From Trichosphaerium sp. ATCC 40318 (lineage: Eukaryota; Protista; Tubulinea), in assembly GCA_038496445.1 (NCBI GenBank), contig JALMLS010000450.1:1-64000 (forward strand): 64,000 nt of DNA, read 5' to 3'. Positions 62,004 through 64,000 of this stretch are shown in pieces; the stretch's first letter is position 1, and every line of letters begins with the position of its first letter. The notes beneath the pieces were generated by a model. That model saw only the letters and a program-made list of their open reading frames with translations, did not search any database and was not told the origin of the DNA. Made by a program: the position numbers and the translations under genes.

Positions 62004-64000
62004 TTAATCCCTTAGGGCTCTACTAGTACCCTGCCAGTGGTAGGTGTAGAATTGTAAGAGACGGTTTATTGTACGAATAAATTGATGAGTCACCGTTAAG
62101 TTTTTTGGAAACTCAAACAACACTACAGGCAACCGAGCTCCAACCATGGATGACCAAATAAGAGAAATGTTAAGGACAAACCAGTGGCCTAATCTGCGTT
62201 TAGACATAGGTAACGCGAGTGGTCCTACGTTGATGGTTATAGAAGGCCCTTGGAGTTTAGATGGTGCGTTAAAGGGCGTTTTATAATAACTAACAGAAAG
62301 AGCTGGTAGGTTCATGCAAAGAGTTAATAGACCTTACAACTGAATCGGAAGGCTTTACTTTCAATTACACAGCGATTGTCATGAAAGATGACTACACCAT
62401 CACTTTACAAGGACAAGCTGGGCTAGGTTGTGGATTTTATCATCAAGGCACTTGGGAAAGTGATAAACCTATACAAGAGCTTGAAGGATTCATTAAAGGT
62501 GGATACCAAGCTACCTTGAAATAGAAAAAAAAGTGTAAATGTCGTTTTCTCTTTTTTTGCTTGTATTCTGAAAAAAAAGTCTTGCCAATGGCACTGGTTA
62601 TGCTATGTACAGTATGCTTGAATAAAGTATTGGCCCATTTTAACATTGCTATCTTGTTCATAAGGGTGATACGCTTCCAACACAATATAGAATTCAAAAT
62701 GCAATTCCCTAGATAAAAAACAACTTAGACAACCACTTTGTTAAAAACGCACGTGATAATGTCAATAGCAAATGTTTGTTGAAGCTTAAGATACACCTCA
62801 AATATTTTAGTATGTAACGAGGTAACAGAGCATGTTAATAGCCAACACCGAAGGCCTCTGCCAAATTGATACGAAAACTGTACGCAAAGACTAACAAAGG
62901 CTATCTACTTTAGAACGCAAGCACAATATTACAAGACTACGAAACAGTCAACGATAAGAACCATCACACAATTTCTTATGTATCAAGAGCACGCATCAAC
63001 TTTTCTTAATATTTTATTGTTACAAGAGTCCTCTTGGTATCTACAACTAAGTGAAGCACTGTTGTAACCTGCTTGCTAGCATTCTAAAAACGTTTGAGTA
63101 CAATAAATGTATACACAAAGAAACGAACCTCTGTTTTGAGTACTTTGCTATATGCTTGAACTGATGCCAGTTCCAATCAAAGTTCGGCTCAATAGATGTT
63201 AATATATGAGGCCAATAATGAGCAAGTCCGTATGAACCATACGTTGCTATTTGATCACAAGAAACACGATACCTTTTCACAAGAAAAAAAAAGTTAGCAT
63301 AATATTACCCAAAGAAGTCTTGTACACGGTCCTACCACCATGCCAGTGTCGTTTCTGTTAATACAATAATGGCGTGGTAGGTTACTGATATAATACGGAT
63401 GCGTACCATTGCTCTGTGTGTGATACGCCAAGTTTTATTTTAAGGCTATTCAAAAACAATCTATGAACTTCTTTACGCTGCCAGAAAGGTTGTGAGAACC
63501 TCTCTAATGACCAATGAAAGTTTTTATATATTACAGTAATTGCTTTATTGAATGATCCGTATCTGGTTGTTAGTTAGAGTACGTTAGAAGAACCAAGTGA
63601 AATAAGTGTAAAAAAAATATTAATAGTTACCTCTTTGAAATAATGTTAGCGGTGGGAGAGTCTTTGATGTCTTGAACCTTATCATACCAATCATCTAATG
63701 TCTTTATACCTCTCCTCTCAGCTATGCTGTTTAGATAATTACGTTGATTCAACTCATCATCCCAATGATGACGTGCACTACAAGCTAACATTTAGATAGT
63801 CACCAACTACAAAATATAGCAAGGTGCCTTAACTCCAAAAAACAGGACGTACGGGAATCTCCATTGCTGCCAGTTGTGTCTTGGATATAATCTACCCAAA
63901 CAATTGATCAATGAATCTTTATAGTACAGTCTAATAGTCTTAGCCTGGGTAACATTCAAAGTAGAAAAAAAATGTCAAGAAATAAATGAGATTGCTGCAC
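62004..64000 (-). CDS. Multi-exon protein with Trp-anchored helical repeats; 5' end outside the window; 62004-63050 may be a separate gene
   Basis: YYKDSLINCLGRLYPRHNWQQWRFP|ARHHWDDELNQRNYLNSIAERGGIKTLDDWY, YGSFNKAITVIYKNFHWSLERF..FWQRKEVHRLFLNSL and ILTSIEPNFDWNWHQF. Confidence 0.6.

Noticed and set aside
1-64000. Alternative genetic code explaining the fragmented ORFs
   Set aside because: Stops fall in short introns, long exons are open in the standard code, and TAA, TAG and TGA all end genes.

Overview
This is AT-rich (~35% GC by eye) eukaryotic nuclear DNA, most likely from a protist. It uses the standard genetic code, is gene-dense, and has many short (~40-60 nt) spliceosomal introns, so the ORF track fragments or misses most genes. 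Conserved genes: JMJD6-like JmjC protein, MCU, a neurobeachin/Lvs-type BEACH-WD40 protein, FANCI, BRX1, a dual-specificity phosphatase and a TPR-SET protein. Between them lie several prokaryote- or virus-like genes that have gained introns: a MutT Nudix hydrolase absent from the ORF track, an S8 protease, a YVTN/YncE propeller, LURP-one, a GHL15-like hydrolase and a frameshifted DUF6939/NADAR-like gene with a 7-nt microexon. The most striking feature is a birth-and-death repertoire of F-box-like heads fused to interchangeable recognition modules. It includes three F-box-like + MORN-variant genes built from 72-bp units with variable residue positions, plus decayed MORN and LRR copies. Part of it sits between ~1.4-kb direct repeats. 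The window also has a TAGAG-ended hAT-type MITE family with 8-bp TSDs, an 83-bp-arm hairpin, and a large excess of CACGTG. All family assignments are motif recognition from manual translation; no database searches were run.
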